This document shows, piece by piece, positions 23,219-33,652 of a stretch of DNA of 64,000 nucleotides (positions are counted from its first letter, which is position 1; each line of letters begins with the position of its first letter). Source of the DNA: Candidatus Eiseniibacteriota bacterium (GTDB lineage Bacteria; Eisenbacteria; RBG-16-71-46); NCBI GenBank assembly GCA_963744995.1, contig CAVUWA010000011.1, forward strand, positions 192,001 to 256,000, written 5' to 3'. The position numbers and the translations under genes were made by a program. Below the pieces are notes generated by a model that was given only the letters and a program-made list of their open reading frames with translations, had not been told where the DNA came from and made no database searches.

Positions 23219-24595
23219 ATGAAGGTCAACGACCTGTTAAACCTCGAGATTCTGGACATCGCGCCCGGCGGAAAGGCGCTGGCCAGGGTCGACGGCCGGG
23301 TCGTGTTCGTCGACCGGGGGCTCCCCGGTGACCGGTTGACGGCGCGGGTCAGAAAAACCCGGCGGGGGTTCGTCGAGGCGGCGCTGGAATCGCTCGAGGG
23401 CGGCGCACCCGGTCGCGTCGACGCCCCCTGCCCGCACGTCGCCCGCTGCGGCGGCTGCCGGTTCCAGGACCTCGACTACGGCGCCCAGCTCGTCCTGAAG
23501 CAGCGCCAGGTCGTGGAGACGCTCGAGCGGCTCGGCGGCCAGCGCGCTCCGCGCGTGCACGCGATTCGCCCCGCGCCCGCGCGCTTTCACTACCGCAACA
23601 AGATGGAGTTCTCTTTCCATCCGGAGTCCGACGGCGCGCCGGCGCTCGGCCTTCACGAGCGCGGCCACTTCGAGCGCGTCTTCCGCGTGCACGGCTGCAT
23701 GCTGCCGAGCGCGCTCACGATGGACATCGTGCGCGTCACGCAGGCGTTCGCGCTCGAGCGACGCTGGCGCGCGTATCACCCGCGCACGCACCAGGGCGTG
23801 GTGCGCTTCCTCACCGTGCGCCACCTGCCCCACACCGCGCAGTGCGGCGTGCACCTGATCGCCGCGTCGGAGGACGTGCCCGCGGTCGGCGAGTGGGCGC
23901 ACGCGATCGCCGCGCTCTCGGACGAAATCCGCACGGTGACGATCGGCATCAACCGCTCCCGCGCCAACGTGGCGTTCGGCGAGTCGCACCGCGCCCTGAC
24001 CGGCGACGGCATGCTGCTCGAGCGTCTCGGCGGCCTCGAGTTCGAGGCGGGGCCGAATGCATTCCTGCAAACCAACAGCGATCAGGCCGAAGCGCTCTAC
24101 GGCGCCGCGGTCGAGGCCGCGGCCCTCGGGGCCGAAGAAACGGTGCTCGACCTCTATTGCGGCACGGGGACGCTCACCCTGCTGCTGGCGCGACGCGCGG
24201 CGCGGGCCATGGGCGTCGAAAGCGTTCCCGAGGCCGTCGCCAGCGCGCGCCGCAACGCGCAGCGCAACGGCATCGGCAACGCGACGTTCGTCGAGGGTGA
24301 GGCGCGTCCGATCATGCGTCAGTGGGCGCGCGGCGAACGCCCCGACCGGCCGCCCGCGAGCGTGGTCGTCGTCGACCCGCCGCGCGCGGGCCTGCACCCG
24401 CGCGTGGTGTTCCGCGTCGCCGAACTCGCCCCGCGCCGCATCGTCTACGTGTCGTGCAACCCGGCGACGCTCGCCCGCGACGTCAGGGACTTCGAGGCCC
24501 GGGGTTACCGCCTCCTCGAGACGACGCCTTTCGACATGTTCCCGCACACGCCGCACATCGAATGCGTGGCGGTGCTCGCCCCGGCGAACGGCTGA
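23219..24595 (+). CDS. rlmD: 23S rRNA m5U1939 methyltransferase RlmD
   Basis: TRAM domain, CPH..CGGC, YRNKMEF, FLQTN, DLYCGTG, DPPRAG, YVSCNPATLARD, DMFPHTPHIE. Confidence 0.92.
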   Translation: MKVNDLLNLEILDIAPGGKALARVDGRVVFVDRGLPGDRLTARVRKTRRGFVEAALESLEGGAPGRVDAPCPHVARCGGCRFQDLDYGAQLVLKQRQVVETLERLGGQRAPRVHAIRPAPARFHYRNKMEFSFHPESDGAPALGLHERGHFERVFRVHGCMLPSALTMDIVRVTQAFALERRWRAYHPRTHQGVVRFLTVRHLPHTAQCGVHLIAASEDVPAVGEWAHAIAALSDEIRTVTIGINRSRANVAFGESHRALTGDGMLLERLGGLEFEAGPNAFLQTNSDQAEALYGAAVEAAALGAEETVLDLYCGTGTLTLLLARRAARAMGVESVPEAVASARRNAQRNGIGNATFVEGEARPIMRQWARGERPDRPPASVVVVDPPRAGLHPRVVFRVAELAPRRIVYVSCNPATLARDVRDFEARGYRLLETTPFDMFPHTPHIECVAVLAPANG

Positions 24596-24780
24596 AGCGT
24601 GGAGCTCGGCGGCCATCTCCTCTACGATCCACCCTGCCGGGCCTGCCGGCTTCCCAGGGGCACAGGTCGGCCCGGTGTTCCCATGGCCTCGCCGTGGGGG
24701 ATGGCGCTCCCGATCCACCGGCCGGCCCGGTGGCGGTTCGCCTGGCCAGGTGGTGTCGTGGACGAGTCCGGGGGTTCGGC

Positions 24781-25554
24781 GTGAGCCTGACGGTGACGGT
24801 CATTGCCCGTGACGAGGAACGACGGCTGGCTCGATGTCTCGGCAGCCTCTCCTGGGCCGACGAGCTCGTCGTCGTGGTGGACGATCGCACCCGGGACGGA
24901 ACCGCGGACGTCGCCCGACGCTTCAGCGACAGGGTGTACGTGCGACCCTTCGAGGGATATGCGGCGCAGCGGACCTGGGCCGAGACCCAGGCCTCCGGCG
25001 ACTGGGTCCTCTGGGTCGATGCGGACGAAGCGGCTTCGGATGGACTGGGAGAGGAAGTTCTCGGTGCCATTGCATCCGGGCGCCACACGGCCTATCGAAT
25101 GCCCCGCCTCGACCTGATGTTCGGGCGCTGGATACGCCACGGCGGCTGGTATCCGCAGTATCACATCCGGCTGTACCGCAAGGGAACGGTGCGCTGGCAG
25201 GGCGACGTGCACGAACGGCCCGTGGTCGAGGGCACGCTCGGGACGCTGCGGTCGCCGTTTCTCCACTTCGCGCATCACTCGATCACGGAGTGGGTCGAGA
25301 AGATGAGCCGCTACACCACGCTCGAGGCGCAGGAGATGCATCGGCACGGAGCCCGGTCGGGGGTGCTGCGAGTCACCGTGGAACCCGTCCTCTATGGCGG
25401 CTACAAGTACTTCGTCCAGCGCGGGTTCCTCGACGGCATGCACGGGCTCGTGCTGGCCGCGCTGATGGGCTGCTACCGGCTCGTGCGGAATTTGAAGCTC
25501 TGGGACCTGCGCCGGGAGGCGCGGAAGGGCAGCGGGGATCCCGGACAGCCATGA
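24781..25554 (+). CDS. glycosyltransferase family 2 (LgtF/WaaE-like)
   Basis: IARDEE..L..CL.S, WVLWVDADE, RHGGWYP, VHE. Confidence 0.88.
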   Translation: MSLTVTVIARDEERRLARCLGSLSWADELVVVVDDRTRDGTADVARRFSDRVYVRPFEGYAAQRTWAETQASGDWVLWVDADEAASDGLGEEVLGAIASGRHTAYRMPRLDLMFGRWIRHGGWYPQYHIRLYRKGTVRWQGDVHERPVVEGTLGTLRSPFLHFAHHSITEWVEKMSRYTTLEAQEMHRHGARSGVLRVTVEPVLYGGYKYFVQRGFLDGMHGLVLAALMGCYRLVRNLKLWDLRREARKGSGDPGQP

Positions 25555-26531
25555 GTGCGTGCGTCTCGACCGTCATCGTGAGCTACAACACCCGCGACAT
25601 GCTCGATCGCTGCCTCGCGAGCCTTCGCGCCGGGGTCGGCAAGCGCTCCCTGCAGGTCATCGTCGTGGACAACGGCTCGGACGACGGCAGCGTGGAAATG
25701 GTGAAGCGCCGGCATCCCGGCACCGTGCTGATCGAGGCCGGCGAGAACCTCGGTTTCGGCCGGGCGACGAATCTGGGCACCGCCCGTGCGGAAGGTAAGT
25801 GGATCGTCTGGCTCAACAGCGACTGCGAGGTGGCGGGCGACAGCCTGGAGAAGCTGTGCGCGTACCTCGAGGAGCACGCGGCGGTCGGGGCCGTCGGCCC
25901 GCTGCTGCTCCATCCGGATGGCCGGGTGCAGCCCTCCGCGCAGGCCTTTCCCACCGCCGCGAGGCTGCTGGGCCACTTCCTCGGCCTCAGGCGTCTGGCC
26001 GGGACGAGATTCATGCGGCGCCTGCTGCGCCGGGCGGCCGCGGGCCTGGGCCCGTTCATGCGCGGCTATCTCGATGCATTCGAGGAGGACACGGGACCCC
26101 GGCGCGTGGACTGGCTCTCGGGGGCGTGCATCGCGACGCCGGCCGAGGTGCTGCGGAGCGTCGGCCTTTTCGACGAAGCCTTCTTCATGTACTCCGAGGA
26201 CACGGACTGGTGCCACCGGGTGCGTGATGCGGGCTACGAGATCCATCAGGTTCCGGAATCGCGCGTCGTGCATCACGTCGGCGCGAGCCGCTCCCGAAAT
26301 CCCGAAGCGACGGTTCACTACTACCGGAGTCTGTACCTCTACTACGAGCGGCATCGGCCCGGGAGCATGGCGCTGGTGCGGCTCCTGATGGCGGGCGGCT
26401 CGGCGGCCCGCGGGGTGGCGCGCTGGCTGGCCTCCCTGGCCTCGCGGGAGCGGCGACCGAATCCATGGTGGCGGGTGCTGCGGATCTGCTGGCGCGGCGA
26501 TCCGGGCCCGGCGGGAGCCATCGTCTCGTGA
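25551..26531 (+). CDS. glycosyltransferase family 2 (WbbL-like)
   Basis: IVSYN, VVDNGSDD, NLGFG, WLNSD, DWLSGAC, FDEAFFMYSEDTDWC. ATGA overlap with the upstream gene. Confidence 0.9.
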   Translation: MSACVSTVIVSYNTRDMLDRCLASLRAGVGKRSLQVIVVDNGSDDGSVEMVKRRHPGTVLIEAGENLGFGRATNLGTARAEGKWIVWLNSDCEVAGDSLEKLCAYLEEHAAVGAVGPLLLHPDGRVQPSAQAFPTAARLLGHFLGLRRLAGTRFMRRLLRRAAAGLGPFMRGYLDAFEEDTGPRRVDWLSGACIATPAEVLRSVGLFDEAFFMYSEDTDWCHRVRDAGYEIHQVPESRVVHHVGASRSRNPEATVHYYRSLYLYYERHRPGSMALVRLLMAGGSAARGVARWLASLASRERRPNPWWRVLRICWRGDPGPAGAIVS

Positions 26532-27478
26532 GCGCATCGCCGGCGCCGGACGGGCCGCTCGCCAGCGCGATCGTCATCGCCTACCGCAGCGCCGATGTGA
26601 TCGGCGCGTGCCTGGCCTCGCTGGAGCCGGACGTCCGGGCCGGCCGGCTCGAGGTCGTGGTGGTGGACAATGCGTCGCCCGATCACTCAGCGGACGTGGT
26701 GCGCCGGGATTTCCCCTGGGTGCGGCTCGTGACCTCGCCGCGCAACCTCGGGTTTGCGGGCGGGGTCAACCTGGGCCTGCGCGCGGCGCGCGGGGAGCAC
26801 TTCGCCCTCGTCAATCCCGACACGGTCGTGCCACAGGGAGCGATCGAGGGGCTGGTGGGATACCTGCGGGAGCATCCCCGCGTCGGCGTCGCGGGGCCGC
26901 GGGTCGTGCGCCCCTCGGGGCGCGTCGAATACACCGCCGCCTTCCGTCCCACGTTCCGCGGCGAGGTCATCAGCTCGCTGGGCCTGTTCGTGTTCCGTCG
27001 CTGGGTTCCGAGCTGGCGCCCGGACGTCCTGCTGGATCTGCCCGCCGTGCCGACTCCGGTCGACGTCGTGACAGGGTGCTTCATGATGTTCCCCCGGCAC
27101 GTCTTCGAGGCGGTCGGCGAATTCGACGAACAGTTCTTCATGTACGTGGAGGACGTGGACTGGTGCGTGCGTGTGCGCGAGGCGGGTTACGAGGTGCACT
27201 ACGTGCCGACGTGGAGCGTGGTGCACGAGAGGAGCCATGGGGGCAGCAATCAGAGCCTGACGCCCATGGATGGAGCGGGCAACCTCGAGTACTACTTCCG
27301 CAAGCACGGCGTGCCGCACTCGCCGGTGGCGCTTCGCTGGCTGCGCCGCTGGCATTACCTGACCCGTGCGCTCTGGCTGATCGGCCGGGCCGCCACCGGG
27401 CAGCCCGGGGCGCTGACCGAAGCCCGCCGCGCCTGGATCACGCTGAGTCGCTCGTTCGGGCGTGCGTCGTCGCGCTGA
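26528..27478 (+). CDS. glycosyltransferase family 2 (WbbL-like)
   Basis: VVDNASPD, NLGFAGG, VNPD, FDEQFFMYVEDVDWC. GTGA overlap with the upstream gene. Confidence 0.9.
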   Translation: MSASPAPDGPLASAIVIAYRSADVIGACLASLEPDVRAGRLEVVVVDNASPDHSADVVRRDFPWVRLVTSPRNLGFAGGVNLGLRAARGEHFALVNPDTVVPQGAIEGLVGYLREHPRVGVAGPRVVRPSGRVEYTAAFRPTFRGEVISSLGLFVFRRWVPSWRPDVLLDLPAVPTPVDVVTGCFMMFPRHVFEAVGEFDEQFFMYVEDVDWCVRVREAGYEVHYVPTWSVVHERSHGGSNQSLTPMDGAGNLEYYFRKHGVPHSPVALRWLRRWHYLTRALWLIGRAATGQPGALTEARRAWITLSRSFGRASSR

Positions 27479-27490
27479 CGCCCGGCGCTG

Positions 27491-28009
27491 CTAGTGCGCC
27501 TCCGTCTTCCTCCACTCGAGCATGCCGCCGTCCATGTTGCCGACGTCGGTGAATCCGGCGTTCGCGAGCGTCTGGCGCGCCTGCTCGCTGCGACGCCCGG
27601 AGCGACACACGGTGACGATCGGCTTGTTGCGCCAGGCCTCCAGCTCCCCGATGCGCGACGGCAGATCGGGCAGCGGAATCTGCTTCGCGCCGTCGATGTG
27701 ACCCAGCGCGTCGTTCCACTCTTCCGGCTGCCGGACGTCGAGCACCAGCACGTCGGGGTCCTGCTTCAGCAGCTGGCGCACGTCGTCCGGGGTCAAATGG
27801 GTCGCGAGCGGCTCCCCGGGAGGCACGGCGACTGCTGCGTCACCGGAGCCCGTGGCGGCGACCGGCGCCTGCGCGACGTGCGCGGACTCGCCCGAGGTCG
27901 CGGCCTGCTCGGCGCTTCCGTGACAGCCTGCGATCGCGAGGGCGAAAAGCCCCACGATCAGCGCGGCGCGCGCGCCCTGCCCCACGCTCCCTTGCGGGGC
28001 CGTTGACAT
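27491..28009 (-). CDS. rhodanese-like domain lipoprotein (start uncertain)
   Basis: Lipobox LAIAGC, LDVRQPEEW..GHIDGA, active-site CRSGRRS, GGMLEW. Confidence 0.82.
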   Translation of the reverse strand: MSTAPQGSVGQGARAALIVGLFALAIAGCHGSAEQAATSGESAHVAQAPVAATGSGDAAVAVPPGEPLATHLTPDDVRQLLKQDPDVLVLDVRQPEEWNDALGHIDGAKQIPLPDLPSRIGELEAWRNKPIVTVCRSGRRSEQARQTLANAGFTDVGNMDGGMLEWRKTEAH

Positions 28010-28043
28010 GCCGGCCGGCCGCACTGTGCTACGCTCCCTGGCC

Positions 28044-28778
28044 ATGAATCGACCTGCCTTTCTGGTTCTGTGCCTGGGGCTGCTGCTCGCTGCCCCCGCG
28101 GCCGGCGACATCGAAACGCTGGACGCCGGCGTCTACGAAGTCTATCAGGGCAGTCACGCCCTGGGCGTCGAGAAGTTCGCTTTCGAGCGTCACAGTGACA
28201 GCCTGTTCGTCCATTGCCAGGTGCTGCAGAAGATCCCGAAGCCGGACGGCAGCGAGGCGACGCTCGACAAGACGATGCGTCTGCTCACGCGCCGGTTCGA
28301 CGGCGGGCTCGTGCTCTACGAGTCGGTGCAATCGCTCGACGGCGTCAAGCTGACGCGCGCGATCGTCCCGAAGGACACCGCGATGACCGTGTTCCGGGAA
28401 GGCGCCAACGAAGGGCAGGGCGACACGATCGTGCGGCCGCCGGGCCGGATCTTCATCATCGACCCGCAGGTGTTCACCCTCTTCGACGTCATCTGTCGCG
28501 AGATCGGCACCCGCGAGTTCGACGAGCGTCGTATCCAGCTGTTCGTGCTCGCGGCGCGGGACACCAGCGTCGAGGCCACGGTGACCGACATGGGCACCGA
28601 GACCATCCGCTGGGGCGCGAAGCCGGTCCAGGCGCGCAAGCTCAGGATCGCCGACCAGACGTCGGAGTTCTTCGCCATGGTCGGCTCGCAGGGCCACATG
28701 CTGCAGCTCCTGCAGCCCGAGACCGGTCTGCGCGTCGTGCGCAAGGCGAAGGACGTGAAGCCGCCGGCCGCGCGCTGA
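28044..28778 (+). CDS. exported hypothetical beta-rich protein
   Basis: Signal peptide MNRPAFLVLCLGLLLAAPAAG and strong coding-type codon bias. Confidence 0.75.
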   Translation: MNRPAFLVLCLGLLLAAPAAGDIETLDAGVYEVYQGSHALGVEKFAFERHSDSLFVHCQVLQKIPKPDGSEATLDKTMRLLTRRFDGGLVLYESVQSLDGVKLTRAIVPKDTAMTVFREGANEGQGDTIVRPPGRIFIIDPQVFTLFDVICREIGTREFDERRIQLFVLAARDTSVEATVTDMGTETIRWGAKPVQARKLRIADQTSEFFAMVGSQGHMLQLLQPETGLRVVRKAKDVKPPAAR

Positions 28779-28833
28779 CGGCCGCCGCGGTGGCGGCCCG
28801 CCGGCCACCGCAATCAACGAAAACACCGCTTCG

Positions 28834-30345
28834 TCAGCGCTCTCCGGTGGCGGCCATCCCGCGCAGCCATTCGAGCAGCAGCCGCACGCCGAACCCGGTC
28901 GGTCCCGCGGGCTGCTCGCCGCGCGACCGGTTGTTCCACGCCACGCCGGCGATGTCGAGATGCGCCCACGCCATGCCGCGCGCGAAGTGCTTGAGGAACG
29001 CGGCCGCCAGGCACGCGCCGCCCTCGCGCGGTCCCGAGTTCACCAGGTCCGCCGTGTCGCTGCGCATGAAGTCCAGGTAGCCGTCCCAGACCGGCATGCG
29101 CCACAGCCGCTCGCCGCTCGCCGTGCCGGCCTCGACCAGCGCGCGGGCGAGCGCGTCGTCGTCGCTGAACATTCCGGCGGTGAGCGGCCCGAGCGCGATG
29201 CCGATCGCACCGGTGAGCGTGGCCAGGTCCACGATCGCGCGCGGCGTGTAGTGCTGCTTCGCGTAGCTCAGCGCGTCGCCGAGCAGCAGGCGGCCCTCGG
29301 CGTCGGTGTTGGTCACCTCGACCGTCGTGCCGTCCATCATGCGCAGCACGTCGCCGGGCTTCAGGGCCCTGCCGCCCGGCATGTTCTCCGCGCTCGGCAC
29401 GACGCCGACGACCGGGAACGGCAGCTCGAGACTGCCGAGTGCGTGGAACGTGCCCAGCACGGCGGCCGCGCCCGACATGTCGTACTTCATCTTGTGCATG
29501 TTCTCGCGGGGCTTGAGCGAGATGCCGCCGGTGTCGAACGTCACGCCCTTGCCGACCAGCACCACGGGCCTGGCGCCGCGCGCACCGTTCATGCCGCGCT
29601 CGAGCACGATCAGGCGCGGCGGGTGCACGCTGCCGCGGCCGACACCGAGGATGCCGTTCAGGCCCGTGCGCTCGAGCTCGGGCACGCCCAGCACGCGCAC
29701 CTTCGCGCCCGTGGCGCGGCCGATCTCTCTGGCACGGCGGGCGAGATCCTCCGGGGTGAGGTCCTGCCCGGCGGCTTGAGCCAGGTCGCGCGCGAGGCAT
29801 GCCCCCTCGGCCCAGGCGGCGCCCGTGGCGACTGCGCCGGCGAGCGCGCGCGCCTTCGCGGCGTCGCGCTCCACGATGTCGATGCGCTTCAGGGCCGGCA
29901 GCGTCGGCGGCGTGCGGTAGGCGGTGTGGCGATAGTGGCCGAGCACCGACCCTTCGGCGGTCGCCTGCGCGGCGATCGCCGGATCGAGGCCGCCCTCCCC
30001 GGCCCCGTGGATCACGGTCGCGAGCGTCCCCACGCGCAGCTCGCGGGCGCGGCTCGCGGCCAGCAACGCGGCGGTGCGCACGCGGTGGGCGTCGAGCTCT
30101 GCGGCCGGCCCGAGGCCGACGAGGATCAGGCGCCTGGCCTTGCCGGCCGAGGGATAGAGGACGGCGACATCCTCGAAACGGCCGGCGAAGTCGCGCGTCG
30201 CGAGCAGGCGCTTGATGGCGCCGCGCGCGGCGCGGTCGACCGCCAGCGCGGCGCCGGAGAGCCGCTTCGTTCCTGCGAGAATGCCGAGCGCGGTCGCATC
30301 GGCCGCTCGTGTCGTCAGATCGCCACGTCGTAGCGCAACTTCCAT
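28834..30345 (-). CDS. pepA: leucyl aminopeptidase (M17)
   Basis: VGKGVTFDTGG, MKYDMSG, NTDAEGRL, DLATLTGA, WAHLDIAG. GGAGGAG RBS. Confidence 0.93.
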   Translation of the reverse strand: MEVALRRGDLTTRAADATALGILAGTKRLSGAALAVDRAARGAIKRLLATRDFAGRFEDVAVLYPSAGKARRLILVGLGPAAELDAHRVRTAALLAASRARELRVGTLATVIHGAGEGGLDPAIAAQATAEGSVLGHYRHTAYRTPPTLPALKRIDIVERDAAKARALAGAVATGAAWAEGACLARDLAQAAGQDLTPEDLARRAREIGRATGAKVRVLGVPELERTGLNGILGVGRGSVHPPRLIVLERGMNGARGARPVVLVGKGVTFDTGGISLKPRENMHKMKYDMSGAAAVLGTFHALGSLELPFPVVGVVPSAENMPGGRALKPGDVLRMMDGTTVEVTNTDAEGRLLLGDALSYAKQHYTPRAIVDLATLTGAIGIALGPLTAGMFSDDDALARALVEAGTASGERLWRMPVWDGYLDFMRSDTADLVNSGPREGGACLAAAFLKHFARGMAWAHLDIAGVAWNNRSRGEQPAGPTGFGVRLLLEWLRGMAATGER

Positions 30346-30459
30346 GGTCTCCTCCGCTCGTGAATGGGCTCGGATCGCCCCCGGCACACTATCGCAAATC
30401 GCTGCTGCGCCAAAACTTGCGCGCTCCGGCCCGGGTTATTTCGGATCTCGCTCGCGGCC

Positions 30460-30475
30460 GGGAATGAGGCTTGCC
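30460..30475 (+). promoter_or_regulatory. weak candidate sigma54 promoter
   Basis: GGGAATG-AGGC-TTGCC. Confidence 0.3.
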
Positions 30476-30656
30476 AGTCCGGCGTACCACTGGCATCCTG
30501 CGCCTGACTGTTCCGCAGCAGCAGCGGATCGACGCTCGACGTACGCGGGGACGCCGCGGATCACACACGACGGAAACACATCGCTCGCGAGCTCCGGGCC
30601 GCGAAGACGAGAGCGCACGACCGGCAGGATGCCGGCCCCACGAGGAGGACATGGAC

Positions 30657-31442
30657 ATGTTCCGTTCGAAGACCACGATGCTGTTGATCATCGCCGCGCT
30701 GCTCGCCGGCACGGCGTTGGCCGGCTGTTCCGGCCAGAAGGCCGAGCAGGCGTCGGAGACGGCGACCGACAGCCTGCTCGCCGCGAATCCCATCGAGGAC
30801 AACGCCGGCGACATTACGCCGCAGGAAGAGTTCCAGCAGCCCGAGAAGCCCGCCGAGGAGCCGCCGCCTGCACCGAAGCCGAAGCCCAGGCCCGCGCCGA
30901 AGCCGACGCCGCCGCCCGCGCCCGTGAACCCCGGCGTGACGGTGCCTGCGGGCACGGCGCTCGCGGTCACGGTGAGCACGCAGCTCTCCACCGAAAACGT
31001 GCAGCCCGGCGACACGTGGGAAGGCACGACGACCGCGCCGCTGGTCATCGGCAACAAGGCGCCGATCCCCGCCGGTGCGACCGTGCACGGCGTGATCACC
31101 GGCGCGAAGGGCGCCGAGAAGGGTGAGCGCGCGTTCCTGGTGCTGGCGGTGCAGTCGGTCAGCTTCGAGGGCCGCGACGTCACCATCGGCGCCACCACCG
31201 ACTCGATCATCGCCGGCTCGACGCGCGCGCGGAACCTCGGTGCGATCGCGGGCGGCGCGGCGGCGGGCGCGCTGATCGGCAAGGCGGTCGGCGGCAGCGG
31301 CAAGGGCGCGCTGATCGGCGGCCTCATCGGCGGTGCCGCGGCGACGGCCGGCGTCGCCGCCTCGAAGGGCTATCAGGTGGTGCTCAAGGAAGGCACCGAA
31401 TTGACGTTCAACACCACGAAGGACGTGGTCATCAAGGAATGA
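30657..31442 (+). CDS. lipoprotein with Pro-rich linker and glycine-zipper beta domain
   Basis: Lipobox LAGC, VTVPAGT..IPAGA, GGAAAGALIG repeats, GTELTF. Confidence 0.82.
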   Translation: MFRSKTTMLLIIAALLAGTALAGCSGQKAEQASETATDSLLAANPIEDNAGDITPQEEFQQPEKPAEEPPPAPKPKPRPAPKPTPPPAPVNPGVTVPAGTALAVTVSTQLSTENVQPGDTWEGTTTAPLVIGNKAPIPAGATVHGVITGAKGAEKGERAFLVLAVQSVSFEGRDVTIGATTDSIIAGSTRARNLGAIAGGAAAGALIGKAVGGSGKGALIGGLIGGAAATAGVAASKGYQVVLKEGTELTFNTTKDVVIKE

Positions 31443-31460
31443 CACCGGGCTGAATTGCGG

Positions 31461-31502
31461 CATGCAGAGGCCCGGCGCCACACGGCGCCGGGCTTCTGCA
31501 TG
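31461..31502 (+). terminator. long inverted repeat, putative terminator
   Basis: CATGCAGAGGCCCGGCGCC-acac-GGCGCCGGGCTTCTGCATG. Confidence 0.5.
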
Positions 31503-31649
31503 GTGCGGCGCCGCGTTCGCGAACCCGCCGGCGGCGGACCGGACGCATGCGCACGCCCCGCCCCCCGGAGATGTCCGCAGCGGTACACCCGCCGCCCTGC
31601 CCGCGGAGCGCCCCCGCTGCGCGGCAATGCTTTACACCGGCATTGCAAA

Positions 31650-31665
31650 TGGCATGTGCTCTGCT
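31650..31665 (+). promoter_or_regulatory. candidate sigma54 promoter
   Basis: TGGCATG-TGCT-CTGCT. Confidence 0.55.
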
Positions 31666-31789
31666 TTCTCCGCTCGCGCCCTGACTTGCCCTGGAGTCCG
31701 TCTTCCGGCGCGGCCGGTGCGCCCTGCCGTGCGATCCGTCGCGCGTGCAGGCGGCCCGCCGCTCTGGAGCCACAGCAGAGGAGCAGCGC

Positions 31790-32806
31790 ATGCGATTCCA
31801 AGCATCGATCCCCGCCGCGTTCGTCGCATTGCTCGCGGCCGGCCTGATCGCGGGCTGCGGCGCGAGCACCGGCACGCTCGCGCCGACGGCCACATCCGCG
31901 GAGACACGGAACGAAGCCGAGGTGACCGGCGTGCTGGCCACGATGCCCGCACTCGCCGAAGACGATCTCTTCATGAGCGCAGAGGAGACCGGGCTGAGCG
32001 CGGCGGCGAACGCGGCGCTCGGTCGCGTGGCGACGCCGGCGACGGCGATCCGGCCGTTGCGGTTCTGGCGGCACATCACCGGCGTCACCCGCAGCTTCGA
32101 ATTCGAGTTCTTCGCGCCCGATTCGAACGGTGACCCCACGCGTGCCTTCGTGACGATCCACAAGCGCCTGACCGGCACCTTCGACATCGCGACGCCGACG
32201 CCCGCGGACGGCGATTCGGAGGCCATCGATGTCGCGATCGCGTCCACGTCGGGTGATCCGGCCGTCGATCCGGCCGATCCGCGCATCGTGCGCAAGCGGC
32301 TCATGGATCACTGGCAGCGGCGTGTGGCGCTGGTGCGCGTGGACCCGGTGGGCAGCAACCGCCACATCTGGAAGATCGCGGGCACGTCGGGAGTGCGCGT
32401 GAAATCGGTGGCACCCGTCACGAGCACGGCGCCGGACACGCACATCGAGAGCCTGCGCATCCAGAAGGCGAACCTCGACACGACCCTCTCCGACCCGCTC
32501 GAGCTCTTCCGACTGCGCCGGATCCTGGCGGCGGCGCCCGGCGAAGCAGTGCGTCTCACCGTGACGACCGGCGCGGACGACGATGTCGTCGTGCTGGTCC
32601 ATCGCGGCATGCGGTTCCTGTTCCACAATGACGGCGGCGGCTTCTACAGCGCCACCTGGATCGTGCCGCGCGTCGCCGGGATCCATCACTTCGGCGTGAA
32701 CGTGCTGTCGCACGGCACGCTGTTCGACGACGCCGCGCCCTACGCCTCGGACGCGTGGCTGCTGCCCTACGTCACCGTGCCGATCGCCGTGGACGAGATG
32801 CCCTGA
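31790..32806 (+). CDS. hypothetical lipoprotein
   Basis: GAGGAG RBS, lipobox LIAGC, coding-type codon bias. Confidence 0.8.
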   Translation: MRFQASIPAAFVALLAAGLIAGCGASTGTLAPTATSAETRNEAEVTGVLATMPALAEDDLFMSAEETGLSAAANAALGRVATPATAIRPLRFWRHITGVTRSFEFEFFAPDSNGDPTRAFVTIHKRLTGTFDIATPTPADGDSEAIDVAIASTSGDPAVDPADPRIVRKRLMDHWQRRVALVRVDPVGSNRHIWKIAGTSGVRVKSVAPVTSTAPDTHIESLRIQKANLDTTLSDPLELFRLRRILAAAPGEAVRLTVTTGADDDVVVLVHRGMRFLFHNDGGGFYSATWIVPRVAGIHHFGVNVLSHGTLFDDAAPYASDAWLLPYVTVPIAVDEMP

Positions 32807-32940
32807 AGCCGCGGGCCACCTGACGCAGCCGCCGGCCGGGGCCCGCCGGCCCGGCGGCTGCGTTCGGGCGGCATACGTGCGGCGGGAGCCGTGGGGCCGC
32901 GAGCGGGCCGCAGCGGCGGCAGGCGGCGCGCCTGCGCGAT

Positions 32941-33501
32941 TCAGTGCACGGTCGGCGGCGGACTTCCGTCGTCGCCGTCGTCGCCCTCTTCTTCGCGGTC
33001 GTCCGTCGGACGGCTGCGGAAGACCTGCGCCCACTCCTCGAGCTCCTTCTTCGAGATCGTCGAAGGCTTCTCGGGCGGCGCGTCGCTGCTCGTGCCGTCG
33101 CTCGCCGCGGCACCGAGGGTGCTGGCAAGGAACAGGTCGGACAGCGCGATGTCGGCACCCATGGCGCGCGCATGGCGGGCGACCTCCAGGTCGGCGGTAA
33201 CGACCGTGACCGGCCGGTCGTCGCCCGTGTGCTTCTCGACCAGGTCGCGGATCAGATCGTCCGCCGAGTGGGGCGGCCTCGAGAACATGACCTCGACGCG
33301 CGCGCTCTTCTCGGCCTCACCGGCCTCACGATTGCCGTCGAAGACCACCAGGAACTGCGCCTGCTCGCCGCCCATCGCCCACGACAGCAGGTTGATCAGT
33401 TTGTCGCGCGATTCGCCCAGTGTCCGGCCTGCGCCGGGCCGGAGTCGCGGGGTGCGCAGGATCAGGTTGTAGCCGTCGATGATGATGATGCGTTTGAGCA
33501 A
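32941..33501 (-). CDS. NYN/YacP-like PIN-fold nuclease domain protein
   Basis: IIIDGYNLI, VVFDG, SADDLI, VVTAD. Confidence 0.82.
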   Translation of the reverse strand: MLKRIIIIDGYNLILRTPRLRPGAGRTLGESRDKLINLLSWAMGGEQAQFLVVFDGNREAGEAEKSARVEVMFSRPPHSADDLIRDLVEKHTGDDRPVTVVTADLEVARHARAMGADIALSDLFLASTLGAAASDGTSSDAPPEKPSTISKKELEEWAQVFRSRPTDDREEEGDDGDDGSPPPTVH

Positions 33502-33652
33502 GGGACGCTCCGGACGGGGCGTGAAGAATGCAGGGCGGGCGGACGCCGAAGAGTAGCACGCGGAGCGGGCCGCGGGAGGGCGCCGGGCGCTCCCGCGGCC
33601 GGTGCCGGGCGGGGCGATGGGCGGGCCGGGCGCATGTCGGCGGCCCGCCGGG

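Noticed and set aside
24781..27478. GT2 triplet as a horizontally acquired island
   Set aside because: There is no integrase, tRNA or flanking repeat, and only a slight impression of codon difference that I cannot quantify.
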